Assembly: GCA_042219045.1 (NCBI GenBank)
Contig: JBDGQO010000058.1
Location: 1 to 24,074 of the forward strand
Length of the DNA: 24,074 nt
DNA from: Candidatus Bipolaricaulia bacterium
GTDB taxonomy: Bacteria; Bipolaricaulota; Bipolaricaulia; RBG-16-55-9
Reading direction: 5' to 3'
Shown: positions 1 through 8,280 of the stretch, one piece after another
Numbering within the stretch: the first letter of the stretch is position 1
How the letters are laid out: the number at the start of each line of letters is the position of its first letter
Translations under genes and position numbers: made by a program
The notes under the pieces: model-generated
Seen by the model: only the letters and a program-made list of their open reading frames with translations
The model's database searches: none
What the model was told of the DNA's origin: nothing

Positions 1-5
1 GACAC

Positions 6-34
6 TTGAACCACCACCATCGGTTCCTTAAAAT
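6..34 (+). promoter_or_regulatory. sigma70-type promoter of thrS operon
   Basis: TTGAAC (6-11), 17-bp spacer, TAAAAT (29-34), about 107 nt upstream of the thrS ATG. Confidence 0.7.
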
Positions 35-45
35 TCGCTCATCCT

Positions 46-121
46 CCGGCGGAGGCAGGACTTTCCGCTCACGGCTCAAGTGACCGGTTCGCGGAATCGT
101 AAGGTCCTCCCGGTCCGCCGG
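46..121 (+). promoter_or_regulatory. structured 5' leader of thrS (rod-like hairpin)
   Basis: CCGGCGGA 46-53 pairs TCCGCCGG 114-121; AGGACT 57-62 pairs GGTCCT 103-108 (one G-U); TTCCGC 63-68 pairs GCGGAA 91-96; SD AAGGTGA at 129-135 lies just outside. Confidence 0.45.
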
Positions 122-141
122 TCCATCCAAGGTGATCCCTC

Positions 142-2073
142 ATGCAGCTGGTGACGCCTGACGGTCACAGGCTTGACGTCCACGCGCCCGGCGAGCCGCT
201 CGGCAAAGTCCTCTCCGACGAAGATCCCGACCTCAAAGGCCAAGTCGTCGGGGGCAAGTTCAATGGCACCGTCGTCGACCTGACGTATCGGTTGCCCGAG
301 GACGAGGATCAGGAACTCCAGCTCCTGACCCTCGAGGACGACGATGCAAAATGGCTCTATCGCCACAGCATGGCCCACGTCCTGGCCCAGGCCGTGAAGC
401 GGCTCTACCCCGAGGCCAAGCTCGCCATCGGGCCCCCGATTGAAGAGGGGTTCTACTACGACTTCGACGTCGAGGAGCCGTTCACGCCCGATGACCTGGA
501 GCGCATCGCCGAGGAGATGCAGACGATCATCAAGGAGAAGCACCAATTCCGGCGCTTCGAGCTGCCCCGCGACGAGGCCCGCAAGAAGCTCGAGGAGCTG
601 GATGAGCCCTACAAGCTGGAGATCCTTGACGACCTCGAGGACGACGACACGGTCTCGTTCTATCAGGACGGGGAGTTCGTCGACCTCTGTCGCGGCCCGC
701 ACGCCAAGCACACCGGCCAAGTCAAGCATTTCAAGATCCTCGACAACGCGGGGGCGTACTGGCGCGGCGACGAGGAAAACGTGATGCTGCAGCGCATCTA
801 CGGCACGGCGTTCTACAAGCAGGAGGACCTCGAAGCGTTCCTGAAGCGCCGCGAAGAAGCCGCCAAGCGCGATCATCGCCGGCTGGGCCGCGAGCTGGAT
901 CTGTTCAGCACGAAGTCCGAATCGGTCGGCGGCGGGCTCGTGCTCTGGCACCCGAAGGGCGCGCTCGTGCGGCATCTCATTGAGGACTACTGCAAGACGG
1001 TCCACCTCGAGGGCGGGTACGACTTCGTCTACACGCCCCACATCGGCCGCTCGGACCTGTGGGAGAAGAGCGGCCACCTCGACTTCTACGGCGACAACAT
1101 GTACGCGCCCGTCGACATCGAGGGGCAGCAGTATTATCTCAAGCCGATGAACTGCCCCTTCCATATTGAAATTTTCCGGAGCCAGACGCGCTCCTATCGC
1201 GATCTGCCGCTGAGATTCGCCGAGTGGGGGACGGTCTATCGCTTCGAGCGCAGCGGCGTGCTGCACGGGCTGACGCGCGTGCGCGGGTTTACCCAGGACG
1301 ACGCGCATCTGTTTTGTCGGCCCGACCAGATGCCGGCCGAGATCGACCGCGTGATCAACTTCAGCATCGATCTGTTGAAGGACTTCGGCTTCAAGCAGTT
1401 TCAGCTTTATCTGAGCACGCGCCCCGAGGAGCGGGTCGGTCAAGAGTCCGACTGGGACGACTCCGAGAAGGCCCTGGAGGACGCGCTCCAGCGCAGCGGG
1501 ATGCCCTATGAGGTCTTCGAGGGCGACGGCGCGTTCTACGGGCCGAAGATCGATATCTACGTCAAGGATGCCCTGGATCGCCCGTGGCAGCTGTCGACGA
1601 TCCAGTTCGACTTCAACCTCCCGGAGCGCTTCGACATCCACTACGTCGGCGAGGACGGGCGCGAGCATCGCCCGTATATGGTCCATCGGGCGCTCTTGGG
1701 CTCGATCGAGCGCTTCTTCGGCGTGTATCTGGAACACTGCGCCGGCGCGTTCCCCGTCTGGCTCGCGCCCGTCCAGGTCTCGGTGCTTCCCATCGCGGAG
1801 CGCCACGTCGACTACGCCAACCAGGTCTTGGAGCGCCTGGAGGCTGAGGGCCTGCGGGCGGAGATGAACTATTCGGATCACAAGACGCTCAGCTACCGCG
1901 TCCGCGACGCGCAGATGAAGAAGATCCCCTATATGCTCGTGGTGGGCGACCGCGAGGTGGAGAACGAAGAAGTCTCGCTCCGGCTGCGCACGGAGGAGGA
2001 TCTGGGTGCTCAGTCACTGGACGAGGTCATCGACTTCGTCCATGGCAAAGTCCAGAGCAAAGCTGACCTGTAG
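142..2073 (+). CDS. thrS: threonine--tRNA ligase
   Basis: RHSMAHVLAQAV, DLCRGPH, LQRIYGTAF, RDHRRLG, KPMNCP, GLTRVRGFTQDDAH, GAFYGPKID, HRALLGSIERF motifs; 643 aa; SD AAGGTG. Confidence 0.99.
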   Translation: MQLVTPDGHRLDVHAPGEPLGKVLSDEDPDLKGQVVGGKFNGTVVDLTYRLPEDEDQELQLLTLEDDDAKWLYRHSMAHVLAQAVKRLYPEAKLAIGPPIEEGFYYDFDVEEPFTPDDLERIAEEMQTIIKEKHQFRRFELPRDEARKKLEELDEPYKLEILDDLEDDDTVSFYQDGEFVDLCRGPHAKHTGQVKHFKILDNAGAYWRGDEENVMLQRIYGTAFYKQEDLEAFLKRREEAAKRDHRRLGRELDLFSTKSESVGGGLVLWHPKGALVRHLIEDYCKTVHLEGGYDFVYTPHIGRSDLWEKSGHLDFYGDNMYAPVDIEGQQYYLKPMNCPFHIEIFRSQTRSYRDLPLRFAEWGTVYRFERSGVLHGLTRVRGFTQDDAHLFCRPDQMPAEIDRVINFSIDLLKDFGFKQFQLYLSTRPEERVGQESDWDDSEKALEDALQRSGMPYEVFEGDGAFYGPKIDIYVKDALDRPWQLSTIQFDFNLPERFDIHYVGEDGREHRPYMVHRALLGSIERFFGVYLEHCAGAFPVWLAPVQVSVLPIAERHVDYANQVLERLEAEGLRAEMNYSDHKTLSYRVRDAQMKKIPYMLVVGDREVENEEVSLRLRTEEDLGAQSLDEVIDFVHGKVQSKADL

Positions 2074-2083
2074 AATGGACGGC

Positions 2084-2097
2084 TGGCCTTCGGGCCA
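2084..2097 (+). other. short C(UUCG)G hairpin in thrS-rplI spacer
   Basis: TGGCC-TTCG-GGCCA perfect stem with UUCG tetraloop; followed by an A-run rather than a U-run, so not a canonical terminator. Confidence 0.4.
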
Positions 2098-2131
2098 TGA
2101 AAAAACTTCGCTAGCGTGGAAAGGAGCCGCT

Positions 2132-2674
2132 ATGGAAGTGTTGCTGACGCGAACGGTCGATAAGCTCGGCGAGCCCGGCGACGTCGTCGACGTCGCACCC
2201 GGCTACGCCCGGAACTACCTGCTGCCGCAGGGGGTGGCCGTGCAGCCGACCCCGCATAACGTGGAGCGCTACAAGAGCGTCCGCGAAGCGCGGATGCAGG
2301 AGCTGAAGGCGCGCAAGGACCGGGCCCAAGATCTCCAACAACAACTCGACGGCAAGACGCTCGTGTTCGAGCGGCGGACCAACGATCAGGGCACGCTCTA
2401 CAGCTCCGTCCAGCCTGGCGACATCGCCAAGGAGCTCAACGAGCACTTCGGCACCGAGCTGGAGGCCGGCCGCGTGGAGATGCACGAGCACATCGAGACG
2501 CCGGGCGAGTACCACGCCACGATCAACCTCTACATGGACATCACCGCTGCGGTGACGCTGCAAGTCGTCGCCGAGGGCGAGGAAGCGCCCATGCCTGAGC
2601 CCGAGGAGCCCGAGACCGTCGACGAGGAAGAGGCCGAAGCGATCGCGGAAGAGGTCGAAGAAGAGGTCAAATGA
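2132..2674 (+). CDS. rplI: 50S ribosomal protein L9 with acidic C-terminal tail
   Basis: MEVLL..VDKLGEPGDVVDVAPGYARNYLLPQG is the L9 N-terminal signature; G.LYSSV in the C-domain; SD AAGGAG 2121-2126 supports ATG 2132 rather than 2006. Confidence 0.97.
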   Translation: MEVLLTRTVDKLGEPGDVVDVAPGYARNYLLPQGVAVQPTPHNVERYKSVREARMQELKARKDRAQDLQQQLDGKTLVFERRTNDQGTLYSSVQPGDIAKELNEHFGTELEAGRVEMHEHIETPGEYHATINLYMDITAAVTLQVVAEGEEAPMPEPEEPETVDEEEAEAIAEEVEEEVK

Positions 2675-3738
2675 GCGCGCGCGGGGCCGCTCTGACGTTC
2701 GGGGTGCTCGTTGCGCTATGCCTGATCCCCGGACCGTCGACGGCCTCGGTTGCGCAGATTGACCTTGGCTGGGGCGCGACGTACCAACAGCTGACGACAC
2801 CGGTCGACGGCCGCCCGGTGACGTTCCATCGGCTGCTGGTCGACCCCGAGCGCGTCCAGCCCGCGGTTGCGTATTCGAGTCAGGGGATCGGAACGACGGA
2901 GTCCCTGCTCGCGATGACGCGAGGCGCGAACGCGCTCGCCGGCATCAATGGGAATTTCTTCGATCCGGCATCGTCGTTGCCCGTCGGGTTTCTCCTCGAC
3001 GACAGGCGTCCGCTCAGCACGCCCTACGGCACGCGCGGCACGCTCGGGATCGGCTTCTTCGGCCGCCTCCACTTTCTGAATCCCCAAATCGAGCTGTTCC
3101 TCGAGACCGCGGACCGAAACATTCCCGTGGACGGGGTGAATCGGCCCCTCTTGAGCGATGGCCTGATTGTCTATACGCCAGAGTATCGTGGGCCGATGGG
3201 CCCCGTTCGGAACAAAATGCGCACGGCGCTCGTGCGCGACGGGCGCGTGATGCGGATCGGCACCGACATCCGCCCAATCGATCGGGACGAGCAGCTCGTC
3301 GCGGCCACGGGCGACGCCGTCGATCGCTTGGAGAGCGTGCTTCCCGCCGAGCCCGTCCAGCTCGACTATCGCATCGAGCCCGAACGCTACCTGATCCGCG
3401 ACGCCCTGCAAGCCGGGCCGACGTTAATCCGTGACGGCGCATTCGTGTCGGTTGACGAGGGCTTCGATGAGAGCTTCCGCACCAAGCGCGCGGCCCGCAG
3501 CGCTGTGGCACGGCTGGGCGACGGGCGGTTGCTGTTCACTGTCGCCGAACAGGGCGGCGGCTCCCACGGCGTTGACCTGCGCTCGTTGGCGGAGGAGCTG
3601 CTCTCATTGGGGGCCGAGGACGCCCTGGCGCTTGACGGCGGCGGCTCCAGCGGATTGGTCGTTCGTCGGGGGGTGGGCTGGCGCACGGCCGGCGATGCCC
3701 GCGACGTCCCTGTCGCGCTCGTCCTCCGGCCGCAGTAG
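2671..3738 (+). CDS. exported phosphodiester glycosidase family protein (NAGPA/DUF2233)
   Basis: signal peptide; GINGNFF, AGPTLIRDG, RAARSAV, ALALDGGGSS motifs; ATGA overlap with rplI stop. Confidence 0.85.
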   Translation: MSARGAALTFGVLVALCLIPGPSTASVAQIDLGWGATYQQLTTPVDGRPVTFHRLLVDPERVQPAVAYSSQGIGTTESLLAMTRGANALAGINGNFFDPASSLPVGFLLDDRRPLSTPYGTRGTLGIGFFGRLHFLNPQIELFLETADRNIPVDGVNRPLLSDGLIVYTPEYRGPMGPVRNKMRTALVRDGRVMRIGTDIRPIDRDEQLVAATGDAVDRLESVLPAEPVQLDYRIEPERYLIRDALQAGPTLIRDGAFVSVDEGFDESFRTKRAARSAVARLGDGRLLFTVAEQGGGSHGVDLRSLAEELLSLGAEDALALDGGGSSGLVVRRGVGWRTAGDARDVPVALVLRPQ

Positions 3739-3804
3739 CCACCCATGCAGGCAAGCCTGATCCCGTCGCGAAAGAGCCAAGGTTCCCGGGACCAGCCAAC
3801 CCTC

Positions 3805-3911
3805 TTCCTCCCCCTTGATGGGGGAGGCCAGGTGGGGGTGAGGACGTTGACATGCCGGTTTTCTCCATCGCTCCCCCTCATCCTAGCCTTCTCCCGCCCG
3901 GGGAGAAGGGA
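3805..3911. repeat. inverted doublet of CCCCTC-type REP-like palindromes
   Basis: CCTCCCCC-TTGAT-GGGGGAGG-CCAGGTGGGGGTGA (3807-3841) and, inverted, CCCCCTCATCCTAG-CCTTCTCCC-GCCCG-GGGAGAAGG-GA (3873-3911). Confidence 0.65.
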
Positions 3912-3936
3912 CACGCCTTTCGCAGCCAATTGAGCC

Positions 3937-5466
3937 ATGTCAGGATTGTTGCGGGCCGCGTCCGTGATCGCGCTCGCGACGCTGGCCAGTCGCGTCATGG
4001 GGCTCGGTCGCGAGATCGCCATCGCCCACCAATTCGGCGCGAGCGCCGCCTATGACGCGTTCATCATCGCGTTTCTCATCCCGCACCTGCTGAGGAAGCT
4101 CTTGGCCGAAGGGGCGCTCAGCAGCGCCTTCGTCCCGATCTATTCCTCGCTCCGGACGAGCGATCCCGAGCGGGCATCCCGATTCGCCAGCAACGTCGGC
4201 ACGGTCGCGCTTTTGGGGTTTCCCCTGATCGTGATCGCCGGGATATGGGGGGCACCTGCCCTGGTTTCGCTCTTGGCCGACGGCTTCGCCCCGGCCAAGC
4301 AGGCGCTCGCCGCCGAGCTTACCCGCTGGACGTTCCCCTTTATCATGTTGGTCGGGCTAGCCGCGCTCGTCATGGGCGTTCTCAACAGCCACGACCACTT
4401 CTTTGCGCCGGCGTTCGCGCCCGTTTTGTTCAACGTCGGCTTGATCCTGGGGGCCGTGGTCATCGCGCCGAACGTTGACCCGCCCGTGATGGGGCTGGCG
4501 TGGGGTGTCTTGCTGGGCGGTGTCGGGATGCTCGGCTTTCAGCTGCCGTTCGTGCGCGGCCGCCTCGACGTTCGCCTTCGATGTCGACTCGACGATGCCG
4601 ATTTGAAGCGGCTGTTTGCGCTGATGGCGCCGACCGTGCTCGGCCTTATCGTCGTTGAGCTCAACGTCCTGGTGGACAACAAGCTGGCGTCACGGTTGGC
4701 GGATGGCTCGATCGCGTCGTTGCAGTATGGCGTCCGGCTGTTCCAACTGCCGCTCGGCGTCTTCGCGGTGGCCGTGGCCACGGCGATGTTGCCGCGGCTG
4801 AGCCGACTGGCCGAGCCCTCATCTCGGGAGCAGTTCGTCGAAACGCTCCAGAATGGCCTCCGCTTGGCGGCGCTCGTCCTGATGCCGGCTACTGTCGGGC
4901 TGATCGTCTTGGGGGGGCCGATCGTCGGATTGTTGTTTGAACACGGGGCGTTCACCGCCGCCGACGGCGCCCGGACACTGGGGGTGCTGCGCTGGTTGTC
5001 GTTAGGCATTCTCGGCTACGGGATGACCTATCTCGTCACACGGGCGTTCTACGCGCTCGGTGACACTAAGACGCCCATGGGCATCTCCAGCGTCGCCGTG
5101 GCGGTCAACATCGGCCTGGATCTCGCGTTGATCGGTCCATTGGGCGTCGGCGGGCTCGCGCTGGCCACCGCCATCGCGGGGACGGTCCAAGTTGCGCTCT
5201 CGCTGGCGCTCCTCGCACGTCGACTGGACTCGCCGTTGGCGGGCTCGATCATGGCCGATGGCGCCAAGTTGGCCTCGGCAGCGGGATTGATGGGCGGGGC
5301 CGTATATGGCATTGATACGGTGCTTGCGGGGGCCGAGCTCGGGGACGCGATTCGAGCGGGGACGGGACTGTTTGTCGGACTCGTGACCTATGGGGGGCTG
5401 GCGCTGGCAATGCCGTCGGTGCGTCAAACCCTTCAAGCGTCGGGTCTCAAGATCCGCGACGCCTGA
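3937..5466 (+). CDS. murJ: lipid II flippase MurJ (MviN)
   Basis: TLASRVMGLGRE, DAFIIAFLIPHLLRKLLAEGALSSAFVP, RLFQLPLGVF, RAFYALGDTKTP; highly hydrophobic 509 aa. Confidence 0.97.
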   Translation: MSGLLRAASVIALATLASRVMGLGREIAIAHQFGASAAYDAFIIAFLIPHLLRKLLAEGALSSAFVPIYSSLRTSDPERASRFASNVGTVALLGFPLIVIAGIWGAPALVSLLADGFAPAKQALAAELTRWTFPFIMLVGLAALVMGVLNSHDHFFAPAFAPVLFNVGLILGAVVIAPNVDPPVMGLAWGVLLGGVGMLGFQLPFVRGRLDVRLRCRLDDADLKRLFALMAPTVLGLIVVELNVLVDNKLASRLADGSIASLQYGVRLFQLPLGVFAVAVATAMLPRLSRLAEPSSREQFVETLQNGLRLAALVLMPATVGLIVLGGPIVGLLFEHGAFTAADGARTLGVLRWLSLGILGYGMTYLVTRAFYALGDTKTPMGISSVAVAVNIGLDLALIGPLGVGGLALATAIAGTVQVALSLALLARRLDSPLAGSIMADGAKLASAAGLMGGAVYGIDTVLAGAELGDAIRAGTGLFVGLVTYGGLALAMPSVRQTLQASGLKIRDA

Positions 5467-6074
5467 ACGTCGCTTTCGCCCCGCTCCGTCGGATCGTCGT
5501 CGGGAACGCCGATGTAGTGCTCGACGTGGCCCAACAGTCCGTGCAGTCCGTTCCGCGGATTGTCGTCGTCGGCCAAGTCCTGGACGGCCTCGATGAGCGC
5601 CTCCGCCACGGCTTGGCCCTCGTCCTCGCCGACGCCTTCGCTCTGCTGTTGGTACTGCTCCACGGTCTGCCAGAGGTGCTGGCCGAGCCGCGTGGCGGGC
5701 GCCTCGATCACTTGGATCGGGCTCAGCTGGCGCTTGACGTGCTCGAGCGCGTCGGCGACGTCCGCGTCCGTGCCGCGGGTCTCGTGGCGGAAATAATGAT
5801 AGAGCGAACTTGCCAACACGACGACGAAGTCGAGCGCCGCGGTCTGCCCGTTCTGGTAAAACGGCATGGTGCGTTGCAGCCAGGCGTCGTGGAACTCGGG
5901 CGCAAGCCGCTCGCGCTGGTATCGCTCGTTCTTGACGTAGTGCCGGCAGTCGGGAGGGCAGTCGATCCGGACGCCGCGATTTTCGCCGCAGCAGGACGGC
6001 GAGATGAGCCCGCCGAGCGCGGGGCACTCCCGCTTGCCCTTGTCATCGCCGCAGTAGACGCAGGCGGTGGCCAT
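5433..6074 (-). CDS. hypothetical protein with Cys-rich (Zn or Fe-S binding) N-terminus
   Basis: CVYC-x8-CPALGGLISPSCCG-x8-CPPDCRH (7 Cys), then helical acidic domain; 34-bp convergent overlap with murJ end. Confidence 0.8.
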   Translation of the reverse strand: MATACVYCGDDKGKRECPALGGLISPSCCGENRGVRIDCPPDCRHYVKNERYQRERLAPEFHDAWLQRTMPFYQNGQTAALDFVVVLASSLYHYFRHETRGTDADVADALEHVKRQLSPIQVIEAPATRLGQHLWQTVEQYQQQSEGVGEDEGQAVAEALIEAVQDLADDDNPRNGLHGLLGHVEHYIGVPDDDPTERGESDVQASRILRPDA

Positions 6075-6085
6075 TCAAATGCTTA

Positions 6086-6151
6086 GTAGGGACAGGCCCT
6101 GGGCCTGCCCTCTCTCCGCCAACTAAGGGCGACCACGTGGGTCGCCCCTAC
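6086..6151. repeat. GTAG-family REP doublet (REPIN-like)
   Basis: GTAGGGACAGGCCCTGGGCCTGCCCT (6086-6111) and inverted copy whose reverse complement is GTAGGGGCGACCCACGTGGTCGCCCT (6126-6151). Confidence 0.8.
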
Positions 6152-6174
6152 GACCCATCCCCGTTGGCTGTTGA

Positions 6175-6501
6175 TTAGAAGAATCCCAGCTCCATCTTGG
6201 CGTCCTCGCTCATCATCTCCGGGTTCCACGGGGGGTCGAAGACGAACTCGACGTCGACCGTGACCTCGTCGCCGTAGTGGCCCTTGAGCGCTCGCTGGGC
6301 TTCCTGCTCAATCAGGTCGTACAGCGGGCAGCCCATCGTCGTCAGCGTCATTTCCAGATAGACGCTGCCGTCGTTGCGGAGCTCGACGTCGTAGAGCAGC
6401 CCGAGGTCGACGACGTTGATGCCGAGCTCGGGGTCCAGGACGTTTTCGCGGATGCACTCGCGGACGCTGTCAACCGTCATTGTCGCTGTGGCGTCGCTCA
6501 T
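6175..6501 (-). CDS. metal-sulfur cluster assembly factor (DUF59/SufT/PaaD family)
   Basis: VLDPELGINVVDLGLLY, MTLTTMGCP, VFDPPWNPEMMSEDAK; SD GGAGG. Confidence 0.93.
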   Translation of the reverse strand: MSDATATMTVDSVRECIRENVLDPELGINVVDLGLLYDVELRNDGSVYLEMTLTTMGCPLYDLIEQEAQRALKGHYGDEVTVDVEFVFDPPWNPEMMSEDAKMELGFF

Positions 6502-6520
6502 CGTGAATCCTCCCTTGTGG

Positions 6521-7663
6521 TTAGGATTGGCCGACCGATTGGCCGATGCGCTCGGCCATGGCGTCGGCGACCTTGGCGTACTCCTGTGCTGCGGGCGAGT
6601 CGGGCGTCTCGATCATCACCGGCGCCTGCTGGTCTTCGGCCTCGCGGATGGCCGGGTCGAGCGGAATCTGACCCAGACAGGGAACGCCGCGACGCTCGGC
6701 CTCTTGGACGCCGCCGCCGGTGCCGAAGATGTCGCTGTGCTCCCCGCAGTGGGGACAGACAAAGCCGCTCATGTTCTCCACCAGGCCCCACAGCGGCACT
6801 TCCAACCGCTCGAACGTCGTGATGCCGCGGCGCATGTCGACGAGCGACACCTCCTGCGGCGTCGTCACGCCGATCGAGCCCGTCAATTCGAGATCCTGGG
6901 CCAGGCCGAGTTGGGCGTCGCCCGTGCCGGGCGGCAGGTCGATGATCATCGCGTCCAGCTCGCCCCAGTTCGTCCCGTCCAGCAGCTCGTCGATCGCCTT
7001 GGTGATCATGGGCCCGCGCCAGATCAGCGCCTCTTCGGCCTCGACCAGCAGCCCGAGCGATATCATCTTGATCCCGTATTTCTCCGGCGGCGCGATCAAG
7101 CCGTTCTCCAGCATCGGCTGGCCGCGGATCCCCAGGAGACTGGGCAGGTTCGGGCCGTGGACGTCGGCATCAAAGAGCCCGATATTGAGGCCCTGTTGGG
7201 CCAGTGCCACCGCGATATTGAGGCTCACGGTGCTCTTGCCGACGCCGCCCTTCCCGCTGAAGATCGCAATCCGTTCGCGGACGTCGGGCAACTCGACCCC
7301 GCGCGCCGTCCGTTCCCCGGGCGGCACGGTCTGGCCCTGTTGGCTCCCTGAAGCCGTCTGGGCTTGTTGGGCGCCCGATGGCTGCTGTTGTGGGGCCGAC
7401 CCGGCTTGGCCCTGGTCTTGGGTCTGGGAGGCGAACTCCACCTCGACCTCGCTGACGCCGTCGAGCGCGCCGACGGCGTCCTGCACCCACTGGCGCAGCT
7501 GCGACTTGGACGCGTAGGCCGGCTTGAAGTGCAACAGCACATGGGCCGTCTCGCCCTCGAGGTCGACTTTCTCCACCATGCCGGCGTCGACGAGGCCCTG
7601 GTCGACCTTGGGAAGTTGGATGCCTTGTAGGGCGTTGCGGATGCTTTCGGATAGGTCGCTCAA
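6521..7663 (-). CDS. mrp: Mrp/NBP35 (ApbC) Fe-S cluster carrier ATPase with N-terminal DUF59-like domain
   Basis: SGKGGVGKST, DADVHGPN, WRGPM, DLPPGTGD, VTTPQ, VENMSGFVCPHCG; TTG start with SD GAGGAG, overlapping Rrf2 stop. Confidence 0.93.
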   Translation of the reverse strand: MSDLSESIRNALQGIQLPKVDQGLVDAGMVEKVDLEGETAHVLLHFKPAYASKSQLRQWVQDAVGALDGVSEVEVEFASQTQDQGQAGSAPQQQPSGAQQAQTASGSQQGQTVPPGERTARGVELPDVRERIAIFSGKGGVGKSTVSLNIAVALAQQGLNIGLFDADVHGPNLPSLLGIRGQPMLENGLIAPPEKYGIKMISLGLLVEAEEALIWRGPMITKAIDELLDGTNWGELDAMIIDLPPGTGDAQLGLAQDLELTGSIGVTTPQEVSLVDMRRGITTFERLEVPLWGLVENMSGFVCPHCGEHSDIFGTGGGVQEAERRGVPCLGQIPLDPAIREAEDQQAPVMIETPDSPAAQEYAKVADAMAERIGQSVGQS

Positions 7664-8112
7664 CGCGGCACACTCTCCTCCAGTTCGGTCTCAGCTGCCG
7701 GGGTGTCGCCGTCGTCGCTCAGCAGGTCGGCCAGCGCGGTCTGGCCCAACACCTCGGCGAATCGCTCGTTGATCAACGCCCAGAAGCCGCTCGTCGGGCA
7801 GCCGTCTTCGATCTGGCACTCCAGATCGGGATCGAGACAAGACACCAGCGCCACGGGCCCCTCCAGCGCTTCGACGATCTCCTTTACGGAGATCGCCTCG
7901 GGCGTTTGGGCCAGCGTGTAGCCGCCGCCGCGGCCCTGGACGGCGCGGATCAGGCCTTCGCCCTTCAGCTCCTGCATGATCTTTTCCGTAAACGAGTCGG
8001 GCACGCGTTGCGCGGCGGCGACCTCGGTGATCGGAATCGGGCCGTCCTCGTAGCGCTTGGCCAGTTCCACCATCGCGCGCAAGCCGTAGTCGCTTTTGCG
8101 GGTGATCTTCAT
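7660..8112 (-). CDS. Rrf2 family transcriptional regulator (IscR-like, three Cys)
   Basis: MKITRKSDYGLRAM, QGRGGGYTLA, ISVKEIVEALEGP, C-x6-C-x5-C cluster-ligand region. Confidence 0.93.
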   Translation of the reverse strand: MKITRKSDYGLRAMVELAKRYEDGPIPITEVAAAQRVPDSFTEKIMQELKGEGLIRAVQGRGGGYTLAQTPEAISVKEIVEALEGPVALVSCLDPDLECQIEDGCPTSGFWALINERFAEVLGQTALADLLSDDGDTPAAETELEESVPR

Positions 8113-8123
8113 GCCGAATCCCT

Positions 8124-8148
8124 TTCGTTGACCAATCGAGTCTGATTT
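8124..8148 (-). promoter_or_regulatory. putative Rrf2/IscR type-1-like operator
   Basis: minus strand AAATCAGACTCGATTGGTCAACGAA with GAC-N7-GTC core, directly downstream of the -10 box. Confidence 0.55.
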
Positions 8149-8150
8149 GG

Positions 8151-8179
8151 ATTTTAGACCGGCCCCTCTGCCATGTCAA
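8151..8179 (-). promoter_or_regulatory. sigma70 promoter of Rrf2-mrp-sufT operon
   Basis: TTGACA (8179-8174), 17 bp, TAAAAT (8156-8151). Confidence 0.85.
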
Positions 8180-8280
8180 CGGCCCATGGGCTCACACAGC
8201 GATACCGGGCGCCGAACGGGCCAAACCAGGGCGACGGGAGCTTGCCCTCGATCGATTTGAGGCCGCCCTCAGGGGGACGC

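Noticed and set aside
41..141. T-box riboswitch upstream of thrS
   Set aside because: Leader is too short, AAGGTGAT lacks the TGGNACC T-box core and is better read as the SD, and there is no terminator U-tract
76..1881. 601-aa minus-strand ORF, and similar long antisense ORFs (11287-12618, 16574-18124, 19094-20371, 21621-22844)
   Set aside because: Shadow ORFs opposite well-supported genes; expected from high-GC codon bias; no recognisable motifs
3745..4055. Small ORFs 3745-3933 and 3852-4055
   Set aside because: They are translations of the REP-like palindromes or an alternate frame of murJ
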